From the IMG/VR virus record IMGVR_UViG_3300028833_000011: DNA of 20,000 nucleotides, one strand, 5' to 3'. The translations under genes were made by a program, and so were the position numbers. This stretch comes from an uncultured virus (IMG/VR IMGVR_UViG_3300028833_000011) (Duplodnaviria; Heunggongvirae; Uroviricota; Caudoviricetes). The notes under the pieces are model-generated. The model saw nothing but the letters and a program-made list of their open reading frames with translations, ran no database searches and had not been told where the DNA came from. This document shows, in pieces, positions 1-8,870 of the stretch (position 1 is the first letter of the stretch; the number at the start of each line of letters is the position of its first letter).

Positions 1-63
1 GATTATGTCAACAATGTCCCTTTTTACGTCTATCGGGAAATCCTTAAAATCGTTTTCGTTCAT
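1..63 (-). CDS. 5' end of a gene running off the window (MNENDFKDFPIDVKRDIVDII...), likely tail assembly chaperone
   Basis: ATG at 63-61 with an open frame to the window edge (my translation). Function is inferred only from its position directly after the major tail gene. Confidence 0.55.
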   Translation of the reverse strand, partial: MNENDFKDFPIDVKRDIVDII

Positions 64-102
64 AGTTTCGTGTGGCGTTGTGGTGTCGTCCTTTCCGCGT
101 GC

Positions 103-150
103 AAAGAAAAAGGGGAACGCATAGGGATTTTGCATGCCCTAAACGTCCCC
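103..150 (-). terminator. Intrinsic terminator after the major tail protein gene
   Basis: Interrupted hairpin GGGG(A)ACG..TAGGG / CCCTA..CGTCCCC at 112-150, followed on the - strand by TTTTTCTTT (103-111). Confidence 0.7.
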
Positions 151-183
151 CGCGCCCACGAAAAGAACTATACCAATTTTGGA

Positions 184-813
184 TTAGTTGTTCTTGGTGT
201 AATAGGTCTTGCCAGTGACAACTGTGGTGTCCCAAGTCAGACGATAGCCCGTGCTGCCGTCATTCTCGTAGTAGCCCTTGGTCTTGGGGTTGCCCGCTGG
301 ACTTACGACGGCCGAGAAAGTAACGTTGGAGCCACCTACAACCTTGTAGAGGTGGTCAACATTGTTGCCGTCGGTGTAAACAAGGGTAGAAATAGTCACC
401 GAATAGTTGAGGGCGCCGTCCTCATCCTTCTTTACAGTACCGATGGTAAGACCCTTGTAGATGACAAGGCTTGAATTGCCACGCTGGAAATCCAACTTCC
501 ACTCGTGCTCGGAAGTGAACGCGCTTGGTGCGGCCTCGTAGGTGTCGGTCGATGAATCATAGGAACCGCCGAAAAGATTGGGCAACTCGTCGAGGTCGTA
601 GTTGGCAAGTTCAAAATTGAACGTCACGGGATTGCCAGCATACTGGATGTCGAATGGCGCATCAAAGAACTCGGCCTCAATCTCGGTGCTTTCAGGTTCG
701 TCCTGACCAATGGTAAGACCCTTCAAGACGCCCATAAGTGGGGTGTATTCACCATTGCTTCCTACGTCGCGATAGCCAAGTGCAATCGCTTTCAAAGTTG
801 TTTTCTTTGACAT
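184..813 (-). CDS. Major tail (tube) protein with short C-terminal appended module
   Basis: 209 aa, beta-rich and acidic. EPESTEIEAEFFDAP and FNFELANY...LFGG resemble Bacteroidota siphovirus tail-tube proteins. Lies after the neck genes. Confidence 0.75.
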   Translation of the reverse strand: MSKKTTLKAIALGYRDVGSNGEYTPLMGVLKGLTIGQDEPESTEIEAEFFDAPFDIQYAGNPVTFNFELANYDLDELPNLFGGSYDSSTDTYEAAPSAFTSEHEWKLDFQRGNSSLVIYKGLTIGTVKKDEDGALNYSVTISTLVYTDGNNVDHLYKVVGGSNVTFSAVVSPAGNPKTKGYYENDGSTGYRLTWDTTVVTGKTYYTKNN

Positions 814-853
814 AGTGATTAAGTATTTTTTTAGTTATTGAATTAAGTTAATC

Positions 854-1279
854 TTAGATTATAACAATAAAGGACTTGACGAACGTAAAGAACGTGTTGT
901 TCTGATTGTTGGTTTCGAAAGCGTCAACGGAAATAACGCTATCCTCTTGAACCGAATAGTCGCCGTAGTCGGCCGCTATCGCTTCGTTGATTACCGCGTT
1001 CATCGCCGTTTCATATTGCGTGTACTTTGTCTTGTCTATTCGACCACGACTTTTCGGCGGGATATACACCTCCATATAACAACGTGCATGATTATACGTG
1101 TTAGATGCAAATTCGCTTTCGTCAATCAAGTCGCCGACACGTATGACGATAAAGCCGTCTTGAACATCACTTTCCGTCAATTCTTGCGGCTCGTTCATCC
1201 AATAGACGTTATCGCTAACCTTGCCTTTGACAAGGCCTTCAAGGTATTCGTATATTTTGATTCGTGAATCTTCAAGCAT
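854..1279 (-). CDS. Putative tail terminator / tail completion protein
   Basis: 141 aa, immediately upstream of the tail tube gene. Alpha/beta pattern (FIVIRVG, MEVYIP) fits the lambda gpU / SPP1 gp17 position. Confidence 0.6.
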   Translation of the reverse strand: MLEDSRIKIYEYLEGLVKGKVSDNVYWMNEPQELTESDVQDGFIVIRVGDLIDESEFASNTYNHARCYMEVYIPPKSRGRIDKTKYTQYETAMNAVINEAIAADYGDYSVQEDSVISVDAFETNNQNNTFFTFVKSFIVII

Positions 1280-1284
1280 ATTGT

Positions 1285-1896
1285 CTAAAAGAATTTACGT
1301 TTCCAACGTTCCTTGAGTTCCTCGTGTTTGTACTTGGGTACGCTAACGCGGAATCGAACGCGCATCGGCTTTAATTCGGCCTTTACTTGGTCGTAATATT
1401 CGGTCATAACCGCGAATTGCAAGCGTTGTGAACCGCCACCATAATGGCTTTTCATCGTAAAACCTTGTTCCCAATAGCCCCAATATGGGGCAAGGATAGC
1501 AAAGAATACGCGCCAACCGCGTGAACCATTGTTGCCATAGGAAAATAGATAGTTGTACGCAAGTTCGTGTCCGTTAACGGGAAACAAATACTTTTCGTCT
1601 CCGCTGAACCATTCGTGTAGGTACGATTCCTCGCTTGCTTTCGCACTGCGATAAAAACCACCCCTTGCAAGTCGGCCTTTGTATGAAACCCCCCAGCATA
1701 GCGAATCAAGCAAGTTGCCCGTTCTATCCATGTGGTTTGCACTATGATAGGCTTTGATAGAGTCCCCGATAGCGACAATTTTAAGTTTTGCGTATTCCGC
1801 AAGACGTAGCGTTTGTTCGGTGATAAGTTTCTTCGTTACCGCCTCCTTGAACTCTTTTAAGTCAAGCCCGCGTATTGTCGTACTCGTCGCTGCCAT
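1285..1896 (-). CDS. Putative neck / tail completion protein (HK97 gp10-like)
   Basis: Basic 203 aa protein with DRTGNLLDS (cf. DTGNLR.S) and a later APYWGYWE (cf. Y..YVE), typical of HK97 gp10-like proteins. Gene order agrees. Confidence 0.65.
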   Translation of the reverse strand: MAATSTTIRGLDLKEFKEAVTKKLITEQTLRLAEYAKLKIVAIGDSIKAYHSANHMDRTGNLLDSLCWGVSYKGRLARGGFYRSAKASEESYLHEWFSGDEKYLFPVNGHELAYNYLFSYGNNGSRGWRVFFAILAPYWGYWEQGFTMKSHYGGGSQRLQFAVMTEYYDQVKAELKPMRVRFRVSVPKYKHEELKERWKRKFF

Positions 1897-1908
1897 ATCA
1901 TTATGCCT

Positions 1909-2244
1909 TTACCAACTATTCCTTGTGGCATTGATGCTGACGCCACCCAATTGCGATGGTTCGGAATTGTTAACCACCAAATTGAATGTTTCACCATAAC
2001 GCGTAAGCGTAATCTTGTCGCCCTTTCGCGGCACTATCCATTCCCCGTCGGCATCTTTCTTTAGGGGAATGCTTATGATGTATGTGGACGTTTGTAGTGT
2101 CTTGCCCTCTTCGCTCGTCACCATGTGTTCGTCCATCACGCCATCGTAAATCAAGACCTCGTCGTCATCATCGCTTCCTGCGCCTTGCACAACGTGCTTG
2201 ATAGTCCCGTGATACGGGTATTCAAGAATTTCGCCTTTTATCAT
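1909..2244 (-). CDS. Putative head closure (stopper) protein
   Basis: 111 aa beta-rich protein with a PRKGDKI motif. ATGA overlap with the upstream adaptor gene; canonical position. Confidence 0.6.
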   Translation of the reverse strand: MIKGEILEYPYHGTIKHVVQGAGSDDDDEVLIYDGVMDEHMVTSEEGKTLQTSTYIISIPLKKDADGEWIVPRKGDKITLTRYGETFNLVVNNSEPSQLGGVSINATRNSW

Positions 2245-2630
2245 GATAATTTGTCAACATCCTCAATCGGAATAATACGTATCTTTTTTGCATTCGTCAA
2301 CTCGATAAGAACATCGCCTCTATCGTCCTCGTAACGATTGTAAAGCCTTATTGCATACTTTATCTTTTCGTCTTGATAAAAGTCTTGTTCTTGTCCTATT
2401 GTTTTCTGATAACCATTATGCGATTGACTAAGGGACGCCGTATTAGACGGGCTTAATAGAACCGCCGTAAAGATGATGTCGGCCGTCATCAATTCGCGTT
2501 GCTTCTTGGTAACTTGGTCGCCGTACACCTCCCAAGACGGGTCGCATTCCCTGTCCCAAGCAATCTTTTCAAACGTTGCTTCATCGAACGTGTAGCGCGT
2601 CGATGCTTTAAGCCATTCTAAAACAGTCAT
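2241..2630 (-). CDS. Head-tail adaptor/connector (DUF6706-like)
   Basis: 129 aa helical protein directly after the capsid gene. MTVLEWL...RELMTAD...SPS...AIRLY pattern recalls Bacteroidota phage adaptors (from memory). Confidence 0.6.
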   Translation of the reverse strand: MTVLEWLKASTRYTFDEATFEKIAWDRECDPSWEVYGDQVTKKQRELMTADIIFTAVLLSPSNTASLSQSHNGYQKTIGQEQDFYQDEKIKYAIRLYNRYEDDRGDVLIELTNAKKIRIIPIEDVDKLS

Positions 2631-2659
2631 AATCCTTAGTCAATCACATTGTTTGGTTG

Positions 2660-3937
2660 TTAGTTGTCTGCCGTAGTGGTATCTACGCAAACGTGGTAAG
2701 GTGCCTCGTCAAGCACAGTCGCATAGCGGCCAAGCACGTCGGTATGGTACGACTTCAACATGCCGTTCGGAACGACCTTGTTGATGACATTGAGGAACCC
2801 TTGAACGCGGGCAAGCGAGAATTGAATGCCGTTGTTGACCTCGCCGCTACGCATAAGTTCGACGTCGGGTACTTGTGCGTGAACAAGCACGCCTGCGTAA
2901 CCAAGTGGACGAAGAACGGCAACTCCTGGCTTCCAACCCTTGACAGTGTGGTAAGAGGTGATGCCTTGAACAGTCTGCTGCTCGCGAACGATGCGGATAG
3001 GCGCAATCTTGGAAATGGGCGAACGGCTATAAGCCACAAGTTGCTCCCAAGTGATAGAATCGACATTGGTGGTCGAACTGCCGCTTGTAACGACGATAAC
3101 CTTGTCGGGGGCGTAAAGGGCGATGTAGCGGTTGACCTCGGCCTTGAATGCGGCGTTGTTGAGAAGAGTGTTGACAACCATGTCCCAAGGCAAATCCCAT
3201 TCAAATGGGGTCGAATCGGGAATATAGTTGGCCTCCTTAAAGTCTGCCTCAATCTTGCGCATCTGCTCTGGGATGTCGCAATCGTTGGCTGACCAAACCT
3301 TGGTGCCAGCGGTCTTGAAGTTGGCAAGCGGGATGTATGCCGATTGTGCGGTCTGAACGCCGCTGAAACCTTGTGTGGTCTTTGGCGAACCCACAGTGCC
3401 AAGATTGATGGTGTTGCCGTATTGACCGCCGCGCGAAAGCGTCATAGCGGCCATATTCGAAACAGTAAGGTTGTGTGCCTTAACGAGGTCGGCCACGCCA
3501 CGAACGAAACCTGTGACAAGGTTTTCGTCGCTGCCAAGTTCGCGTAGGCGTGCCTGAAGTTCGAGTTTGGACATCGAGGTTTCGAAAAGACCCTTGCCAT
3601 ACTGATAGATGGAACCAGTCTTTTCCTCGAATCCCTCGGCGTCAAGTTGCATCGTTTCGGCAAGTGGTGCCATAGCGTCGGCCATAGGTACCGAACGATT
3701 GATGCGCTGACGGACAGTCCAAGCGGGGTTTTTCTTCAAGTCGGACACGTCGATTGTGTACTCGCTACCCTCTACGCGGAAATGCTCCTGCCAGAAGAAA
3801 GCGTTTTCCTCGATTTCGATGGTGTTGTCGATAAGTGTCTGCAAAAAGCCGACGTTAGCGCCATCCATGAAACCGCGCTGATAAAGTTTTTCAATCGCCT
3901 CGTCGGGCGACCAAACGTATTTAAGTGCGTTTGCCAT
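2660..3937 (-). CDS. Major capsid protein (HK97 fold, lambda gpE-like)
   Basis: 425 aa. NMAAMTLSRGG and VWSANDCDIPEQMR match gpE-family motifs. Scaffold-decoration-capsid order; strong codon bias. Confidence 0.85.
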   Translation of the reverse strand: MANALKYVWSPDEAIEKLYQRGFMDGANVGFLQTLIDNTIEIEENAFFWQEHFRVEGSEYTIDVSDLKKNPAWTVRQRINRSVPMADAMAPLAETMQLDAEGFEEKTGSIYQYGKGLFETSMSKLELQARLRELGSDENLVTGFVRGVADLVKAHNLTVSNMAAMTLSRGGQYGNTINLGTVGSPKTTQGFSGVQTAQSAYIPLANFKTAGTKVWSANDCDIPEQMRKIEADFKEANYIPDSTPFEWDLPWDMVVNTLLNNAAFKAEVNRYIALYAPDKVIVVTSGSSTTNVDSITWEQLVAYSRSPISKIAPIRIVREQQTVQGITSYHTVKGWKPGVAVLRPLGYAGVLVHAQVPDVELMRSGEVNNGIQFSLARVQGFLNVINKVVPNGMLKSYHTDVLGRYATVLDEAPYHVCVDTTTADN

Positions 3938-3969
3938 AATTTTTGTCTCCTTTCTTTAGTTGTGATGAA

Positions 3970-4704
3970 TTAAATCCAGAAGATGCCGTCGATGTACGAG
4001 CGATTCTTTGCAAGTACATACTTTGGCAGCGGTTGCATGCGTGCAATCCAAGCCTGCTTGTTGTAAACAGTGCTGATGGAATAGTTAGCATCGCCCTCGA
4101 TGCCATAACCATCAGTTGGTAAGAGGTCGCGGTCGGCCTCGATGAACGTGTTGGGGTTGGGGACAAGAACCTTCGCGCTTGCGGACTTTGCGGTGCCAGT
4201 TGCCTCGACAAGGATGTCGTCGGTGGTAAGTTCGCCAAGTGCATTGTCAAGTGTGATTGCGAACTTGCCGTTTGCCTTGTCGTAGGTGACGGCGGTAATC
4301 TTTGCCGACTGGCCTGTGTAGTCGGCGGCAGTCTTGGTCACGGCGCCAGATGTGGTGTCGGCGGTAAGGGTTTCGACAACGACCGATTCGGGTGCTTTCA
4401 TAACAACCATTCCGACCTCGGGTGCGTCGCTATAACCATCGCCCTCAACATAGATGGTGGTGTCGGTGCTGGCGGCGGTTGCCGTATGAACCTTGAACGA
4501 GCGGAAAATCAAGCAACCCGAGCCTGGAGTGTACTGAACGAGTTGTGCCGCATAGAGATGGTCAAAGCCATTCTTGGGGTTAAGGATGGTGCCGCCAAGG
4601 AGAACGTTGCCACGCTGCTCGCCGTTTCCGTCCTTTACCCATACCCACTTGCCACCACGAATCTTGCGCGATGCCTCGTAGAAATAAGCCAAGTTTGTTA
4701 CCAT
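3970..4704 (-). CDS. Putative head decoration / auxiliary capsid protein
   Basis: 244 aa, Thr/Ala-rich and beta-rich. Occupies the lambda gpD position between scaffold and capsid. C-terminal ARMQPLP...YIDGIFWI resembles decoration-protein ends. Confidence 0.6.
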   Translation of the reverse strand: MVTNLAYFYEASRKIRGGKWVWVKDGNGEQRGNVLLGGTILNPKNGFDHLYAAQLVQYTPGSGCLIFRSFKVHTATAASTDTTIYVEGDGYSDAPEVGMVVMKAPESVVVETLTADTTSGAVTKTAADYTGQSAKITAVTYDKANGKFAITLDNALGELTTDDILVEATGTAKSASAKVLVPNPNTFIEADRDLLPTDGYGIEGDANYSISTVYNKQAWIARMQPLPKYVLAKNRSYIDGIFWI

Positions 4705-4726
4705 GCTTTTTTGTGGATTTTGAAGT

Positions 4727-5371
4727 TTAACATACTTTTACCTTTTTGATGGCCGACAAGAACTCTTCGTCGCGCTTTTGGTTTTGATGAGGTTTAAGCG
4801 GCTTGATTTCACCGATGGTGTCCATGAAAATGTCTTGGAACTTGGTGACAAGTTCGGTCGCTTGTTCTTGTTCGCCCTTATCCAACGCAACCTTGTAGTC
4901 TTTCGCATACTTTTCGAAAGAGCCGTGCAGGTCGCGACGGATGTCTTTTTTTGCCAAGTCGATGACCTTGTTGTAAAGTTCTTGCTGTTTCTGTTCGGTC
5001 TTAAATGCCTCGAGTTCGGCAAGTTGCTTTTTCACGTCATCGGGAATGTCGGCACCACCTTTGTTGGGTTCGCCGCCGTTCGCCTTGGCTAACTTTTCGG
5101 TCAACTCTTGAATCTGCTTTTGATAGTCGGTTTCCTTTGCGGCAAAAGCATTCTTGTTGTCGGAAATGATGCTGCTTGCGCTGCTAAAAGCCGAATTGAT
5201 GGCAAATTTCATGTTTGCAATGACTTGCTCGTCGTCAATCTTGCCATCGGGATAGGCTTTGATAAAGTGGTCGGCGAACTTGTCCTTGAAATTCGTGGTT
5301 AGAGTTGATTCCGTGTAACTTTTCTCATTACAATAATCATTTACTTTCTGTAAAATCTCGTCCTTTGTCAT
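4727..5371 (-). CDS. Putative capsid scaffolding protein
   Basis: 214 aa, highly charged coiled-coil with a G/P linker (NGGEPNKGGADIP). First gene of the head operon. Confidence 0.7.
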   Translation of the reverse strand: MTKDEILQKVNDYCNEKSYTESTLTTNFKDKFADHFIKAYPDGKIDDEQVIANMKFAINSAFSSASSIISDNKNAFAAKETDYQKQIQELTEKLAKANGGEPNKGGADIPDDVKKQLAELEAFKTEQKQQELYNKVIDLAKKDIRRDLHGSFEKYAKDYKVALDKGEQEQATELVTKFQDIFMDTIGEIKPLKPHQNQKRDEEFLSAIKKVKVC

Positions 5372-5412
5372 AGTTTTCTACTATAAAAATTGTAATTTTG
5401 GTTGTAAATTTG

Positions 5413-5423
5413 TTGCAAATATA
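5413..5423 (-). promoter_or_regulatory. Bacteroidota -7 promoter element for the leftward head/tail operon
   Basis: Reverse complement reads TATATTTGCAA (matches TAnnTTTG), ~40 nt upstream of the scaffold ATG. No canonical -33 TTTG seen. Confidence 0.7.
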
Positions 5424-5528
5424 GATAGATATTATATAAAAATTGCATAATTATTGGTTTTTTATTAGTTTTTGCGCGTATAATTAAAAATTCCATTTTA
5501 TTTTTCAAATCTACAAGCAAAAAATCTA

Positions 5529-5539
5529 TATATTTGCAA
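5529..5539 (+). promoter_or_regulatory. Bacteroidota -7 promoter element for the rightward terminase/portal operon
   Basis: TATATTTGCAA ~20 nt upstream of the terminase ATG at 5559. No canonical -33 TTTG seen. Confidence 0.7.
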
Positions 5540-5558
5540 AAAAAATAAGGCATCATTA

Positions 5559-7331
5559 ATGGCTCGAAAGAAGAATGACATAGTTCTATCTCCATTGGAG
5601 GATGGCAACCAAAAGTTTGCTATTCGGTCGAACGCCGATATTGTGGCGATGACTGGGGCGACTGGAGGTGGCAAATCCTATGCCTTATATTACGCACCTA
5701 TCGAATACCTTATGAACGACAACGCAAAAGTTGTTTGTTTTATGCGCAATATTAGCGACTTTTGGGGCGCGGGCAAAGTAAGTGATACATTAAAGCAAAT
5801 GTACCCGTTGATTGATAGAAGCGTAAAGCGTCAACCACATGACCCAATAGGCGAAATCATCCGAAATCAAGCCGACATGGGTATGAAACTTTACAACGGC
5901 GGTGAAATAAAGTTTCAGCAATTGGACAACGAAAGCCCAATCGTCATAGACAAAATCGCAAAGGGCTTGCAAGCAAAGAAACTTATCTTTGAGGAATGCA
6001 ACAAGTTTTCTTGGCGCACAATAACATCGTTTTTCCCGCGTTTGCGTAGCGATTCAAAGGGAAAGGCGCAAATTTTCTTGGCACAAAACCCCGAACGCGA
6101 ATGTTTTTTGCGCAAACTTTGCGGGAAGGGCGAACATGGCGGCGGCTGGATAAACGATGACGGCACCATCGACAAGTCTATGGATGGTGTGGTAATGTTT
6201 TTCAACATGCAAGAGGGCGACCTTGACAAGACATACTTTGGCCGCACAAAACTCGAGGTATACCAAAAGTGCAAAGACCATATTGATTCGCTTATCGCAC
6301 AAGACCCAGATATGACATACGAGGACTTTATCTTGTCTATGGTCTTTTATTCATTTAGTGTTCGCGACAACAAAAAAATGCTTGCAAAAAACAAGCGTTA
6401 TAGGGGGCTTGCCGCAAATTCGGCGACGGCGCAGTCGTCTTATTCGGAAAACTGGAATTATTCGCTCAATGACGAAGATAGCGAGTCTGACGAACTCGAC
6501 GGCGAGGTGTCGCAAATCGACATTGAGCGGATGTTCCGACCTATGGCAATCCCCCATGATAGTGTATGCGAAAAGCGCTTTATGACTATGGATATGGCGT
6601 CAACGGGTTTTGACAACCTTATATTCATGTATTGGGAAAAATGGTCACATTTCGGCTTTATATGCAAAGACATTGAATATTCGATGGACAACACGAATAG
6701 AGAGGCCGTTATAATGGCTATGCGTTTTCGCGACAAGCATAACCTACAAGAAAAAGATATGCTTGTGGATGTCCAAGGTTTCGGATTTTTGCGTGATTGC
6801 TTTCCACGTTCTATGCAAATTAGCGGCGCCGAATCTGCATCGAATAGGGGAAAGACATCGTTCAAGACACGAAAAGACGAGGCGGGACACGTTGCTATGG
6901 AAATGATAAAAAGCGGCTTGGTTCATTTTGACCCAAGTTTGGCGCAAATGAAATACAACCACAAGAATATGCGCCGTAGCGGCGGCACGACGATACTTAA
7001 ACATCTTGTCTTTGAAAGCCGAATTTTCCAATTTGCAAAGACGCCAAACGGGAGGATAACGATGATGGCGAAAGAGCAAATGAAAACCATGCTTAAAGGT
7101 ATGTCACCCGACCTTACCGACAACATCATTCTTTTGTGTAGCGGAATGGTTTATGATTGTTACCGAATGTTGCGCGACGACGCTGGCATATCAAGGCAAC
7201 GCGCGGAATCGTCAGACATGCTTGCTTTCCTTAATGTCGATAGCGAATACGAACAAGAGGACACAAGGCTTAAAAAGGTTAAAAAAATACGTAACGCAAA
7301 TGAAATATTAAATGTTTTAAGTGCTATATGA
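5559..7331 (+). CDS. terL: Terminase large subunit
   Basis: Walker A GATGGGKS, Walker B LIFEE, RLR, coupling motif AQNP, and RNase-H-like nuclease acids (TMDMAS, DVQG, SPDLTD). ATGA overlap with the portal gene. Confidence 0.92.
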   Translation: MARKKNDIVLSPLEDGNQKFAIRSNADIVAMTGATGGGKSYALYYAPIEYLMNDNAKVVCFMRNISDFWGAGKVSDTLKQMYPLIDRSVKRQPHDPIGEIIRNQADMGMKLYNGGEIKFQQLDNESPIVIDKIAKGLQAKKLIFEECNKFSWRTITSFFPRLRSDSKGKAQIFLAQNPERECFLRKLCGKGEHGGGWINDDGTIDKSMDGVVMFFNMQEGDLDKTYFGRTKLEVYQKCKDHIDSLIAQDPDMTYEDFILSMVFYSFSVRDNKKMLAKNKRYRGLAANSATAQSSYSENWNYSLNDEDSESDELDGEVSQIDIERMFRPMAIPHDSVCEKRFMTMDMASTGFDNLIFMYWEKWSHFGFICKDIEYSMDNTNREAVIMAMRFRDKHNLQEKDMLVDVQGFGFLRDCFPRSMQISGAESASNRGKTSFKTRKDEAGHVAMEMIKSGLVHFDPSLAQMKYNHKNMRRSGGTTILKHLVFESRIFQFAKTPNGRITMMAKEQMKTMLKGMSPDLTDNIILLCSGMVYDCYRMLRDDAGISRQRAESSDMLAFLNVDSEYEQEDTRLKKVKKIRNANEILNVLSAI

Positions 7332-8866
7332 TAAGAGAACATGACATAAGTTGGTTTCTAAACGACCCAACAAGGCTTATGCAAATGAAGCCTTTTACTC
7401 GTGGCGGTGTAATGGAGGGACACGGCTACGAGCAAAACAAGTTGCTGATTAACCAAAAAATCGACACGGGTTTCACCAACTTGTCCTTGCAGCCTATTTC
7501 GCAAGATACGTATATTACCGAATATAGGCCAGACTTGCACCACATCATACTTAACAAGTCTATCCCTCACATCAAGGTTATTATTGACGGATGCCAAATG
7601 CCGTCGCACATGATGGAGCTTACGGAAACGGCGTCATTCCAAAAACTTATTCACGCGGCGCACGTTCGCAACCTTACGGCCAATCCAGTAGAGTTTAATC
7701 TTTGCAATCATAATATTTCGGATGGTGAAAAAGATTTGTTTAGCCAAATCAAGCAAGAATGGTTATGGCGAGAGTGCGAATGGTTCAAGTATCAGGCCGT
7801 AAACACTTGCAAGCAACTTGGAAACTGCGGCGTTTTGTTCTCGTTCGACAAGGAAAGCGGCCGTTATGAAATGACAAGTTACTCATACGAGGACGGCTAT
7901 CAAATCGTGCCAAATTACGACGAATATGGACGCGAAGTTGCACGTTCGTTGGTGTATATGGTTGACGACAAACTTGTCATTGACACCTTTGACAATAGAA
8001 ACCATTATCGCACCACGCAATCGTCCGTTGGCGGTAGTTGGGAAACGCAGACACAAGTGCATGGCTTTTCGCGTTGCCCGCTTTTGCACAAGCGCGGAAA
8101 GGTGGCTTGGGAATACGCCGAAAGCACAATCGAAATGTGGGAACTTATGTCGAACATTCAAGCTATTGCGCTCAAACGTTTCGGCACATTTGCGCTTGTC
8201 CTTTGGGGCGAAATGGATAGGGAAAGTTTCCAACGCGATTCATCAACCCTTGTCATCAACCTTTCAAGCGATACGACCAACGGCAAGCAAGATGCCAAGA
8301 TTTTGGATTTCCCAGAGCCGCAAACGATGGATGGCTACTTAAAGAGACTCGAGGAAAAGATTTCGCTTTTCTCGTCAACATCCTTTATCACGCCAAAAGA
8401 CATCACGGCTACCAATAGCGGTGGCAATGGTATCGCCTTGGCTATGTCAAATGACTTTTCGTTGGCCACGCAAGGCGCGTTGGATTGGCAACGATTCATT
8501 AACGAAATGGTCTATTTGCATCAAGAGGGTCTTGACCTTGAAACCAACGGCGTACACAAGTACGCGAAAGTGCGCATCGGCGCCAAAATTACGCCTTGGT
8601 CGCTTGAAACGAACAATACGAAAATCACCAACCTTGCAATGGAGGCTCCGTATCTTTCTACGCAAACGATTCTCGAGCGTTGTCCAGACGCAAGTCCCGA
8701 CGAAGTTGAACGCGTCATCAAGGAACGCGGCGAACTCACAGATAGAAATAGCGTTGATGCTGAAAAGTTGGCGCAGAAAGCGCATAACATTGCCGAAAAT
8801 CGCAGCAACGAAATTAGGGATAACGAAGAGAAACTTACACAAGAACCTGTAACTGTAAACGTGTAA
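7328..8866 (+). CDS. Portal protein (SPP1 gp6-like)
   Basis: 512 aa directly after terL. SGGNGIALAM (cf. SG.AL), LSTQTILERCP...DEVERVIKE (SPP1-type C-terminus), DAKILD clip region. Confidence 0.85.
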   Translation: MIREHDISWFLNDPTRLMQMKPFTRGGVMEGHGYEQNKLLINQKIDTGFTNLSLQPISQDTYITEYRPDLHHIILNKSIPHIKVIIDGCQMPSHMMELTETASFQKLIHAAHVRNLTANPVEFNLCNHNISDGEKDLFSQIKQEWLWRECEWFKYQAVNTCKQLGNCGVLFSFDKESGRYEMTSYSYEDGYQIVPNYDEYGREVARSLVYMVDDKLVIDTFDNRNHYRTTQSSVGGSWETQTQVHGFSRCPLLHKRGKVAWEYAESTIEMWELMSNIQAIALKRFGTFALVLWGEMDRESFQRDSSTLVINLSSDTTNGKQDAKILDFPEPQTMDGYLKRLEEKISLFSSTSFITPKDITATNSGGNGIALAMSNDFSLATQGALDWQRFINEMVYLHQEGLDLETNGVHKYAKVRIGAKITPWSLETNNTKITNLAMEAPYLSTQTILERCPDASPDEVERVIKERGELTDRNSVDAEKLAQKAHNIAENRSNEIRDNEEKLTQEPVTVNV

Positions 8867-8870
8867 AACT

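Noticed and set aside
70..474. 134 aa + strand ORF with hydrophobic stretches
   Set aside because: Antisense to the tail tube gene and runs through the terminator; the hydrophobicity reflects antisense codon mapping.
184..1896. Contractile tail (sheath) interpretation
   Set aside because: No sheath-sized gene between the neck and tube genes; the layout fits a non-contractile tail, with the tape measure presumably left of the window.
2657..3402. Long alternative-frame and antisense ORFs over the capsid gene (211 aa +, 215 aa -)
   Set aside because: Shadow ORFs expected from strong codon bias; no plausible leader or protein-like features.
5368..5595. 75 aa - strand ORF across the divergent spacer as a possible terS
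   Set aside because: Low-complexity AT-rich translation that overlaps both promoter motifs and the terL start; no TerS-like features.
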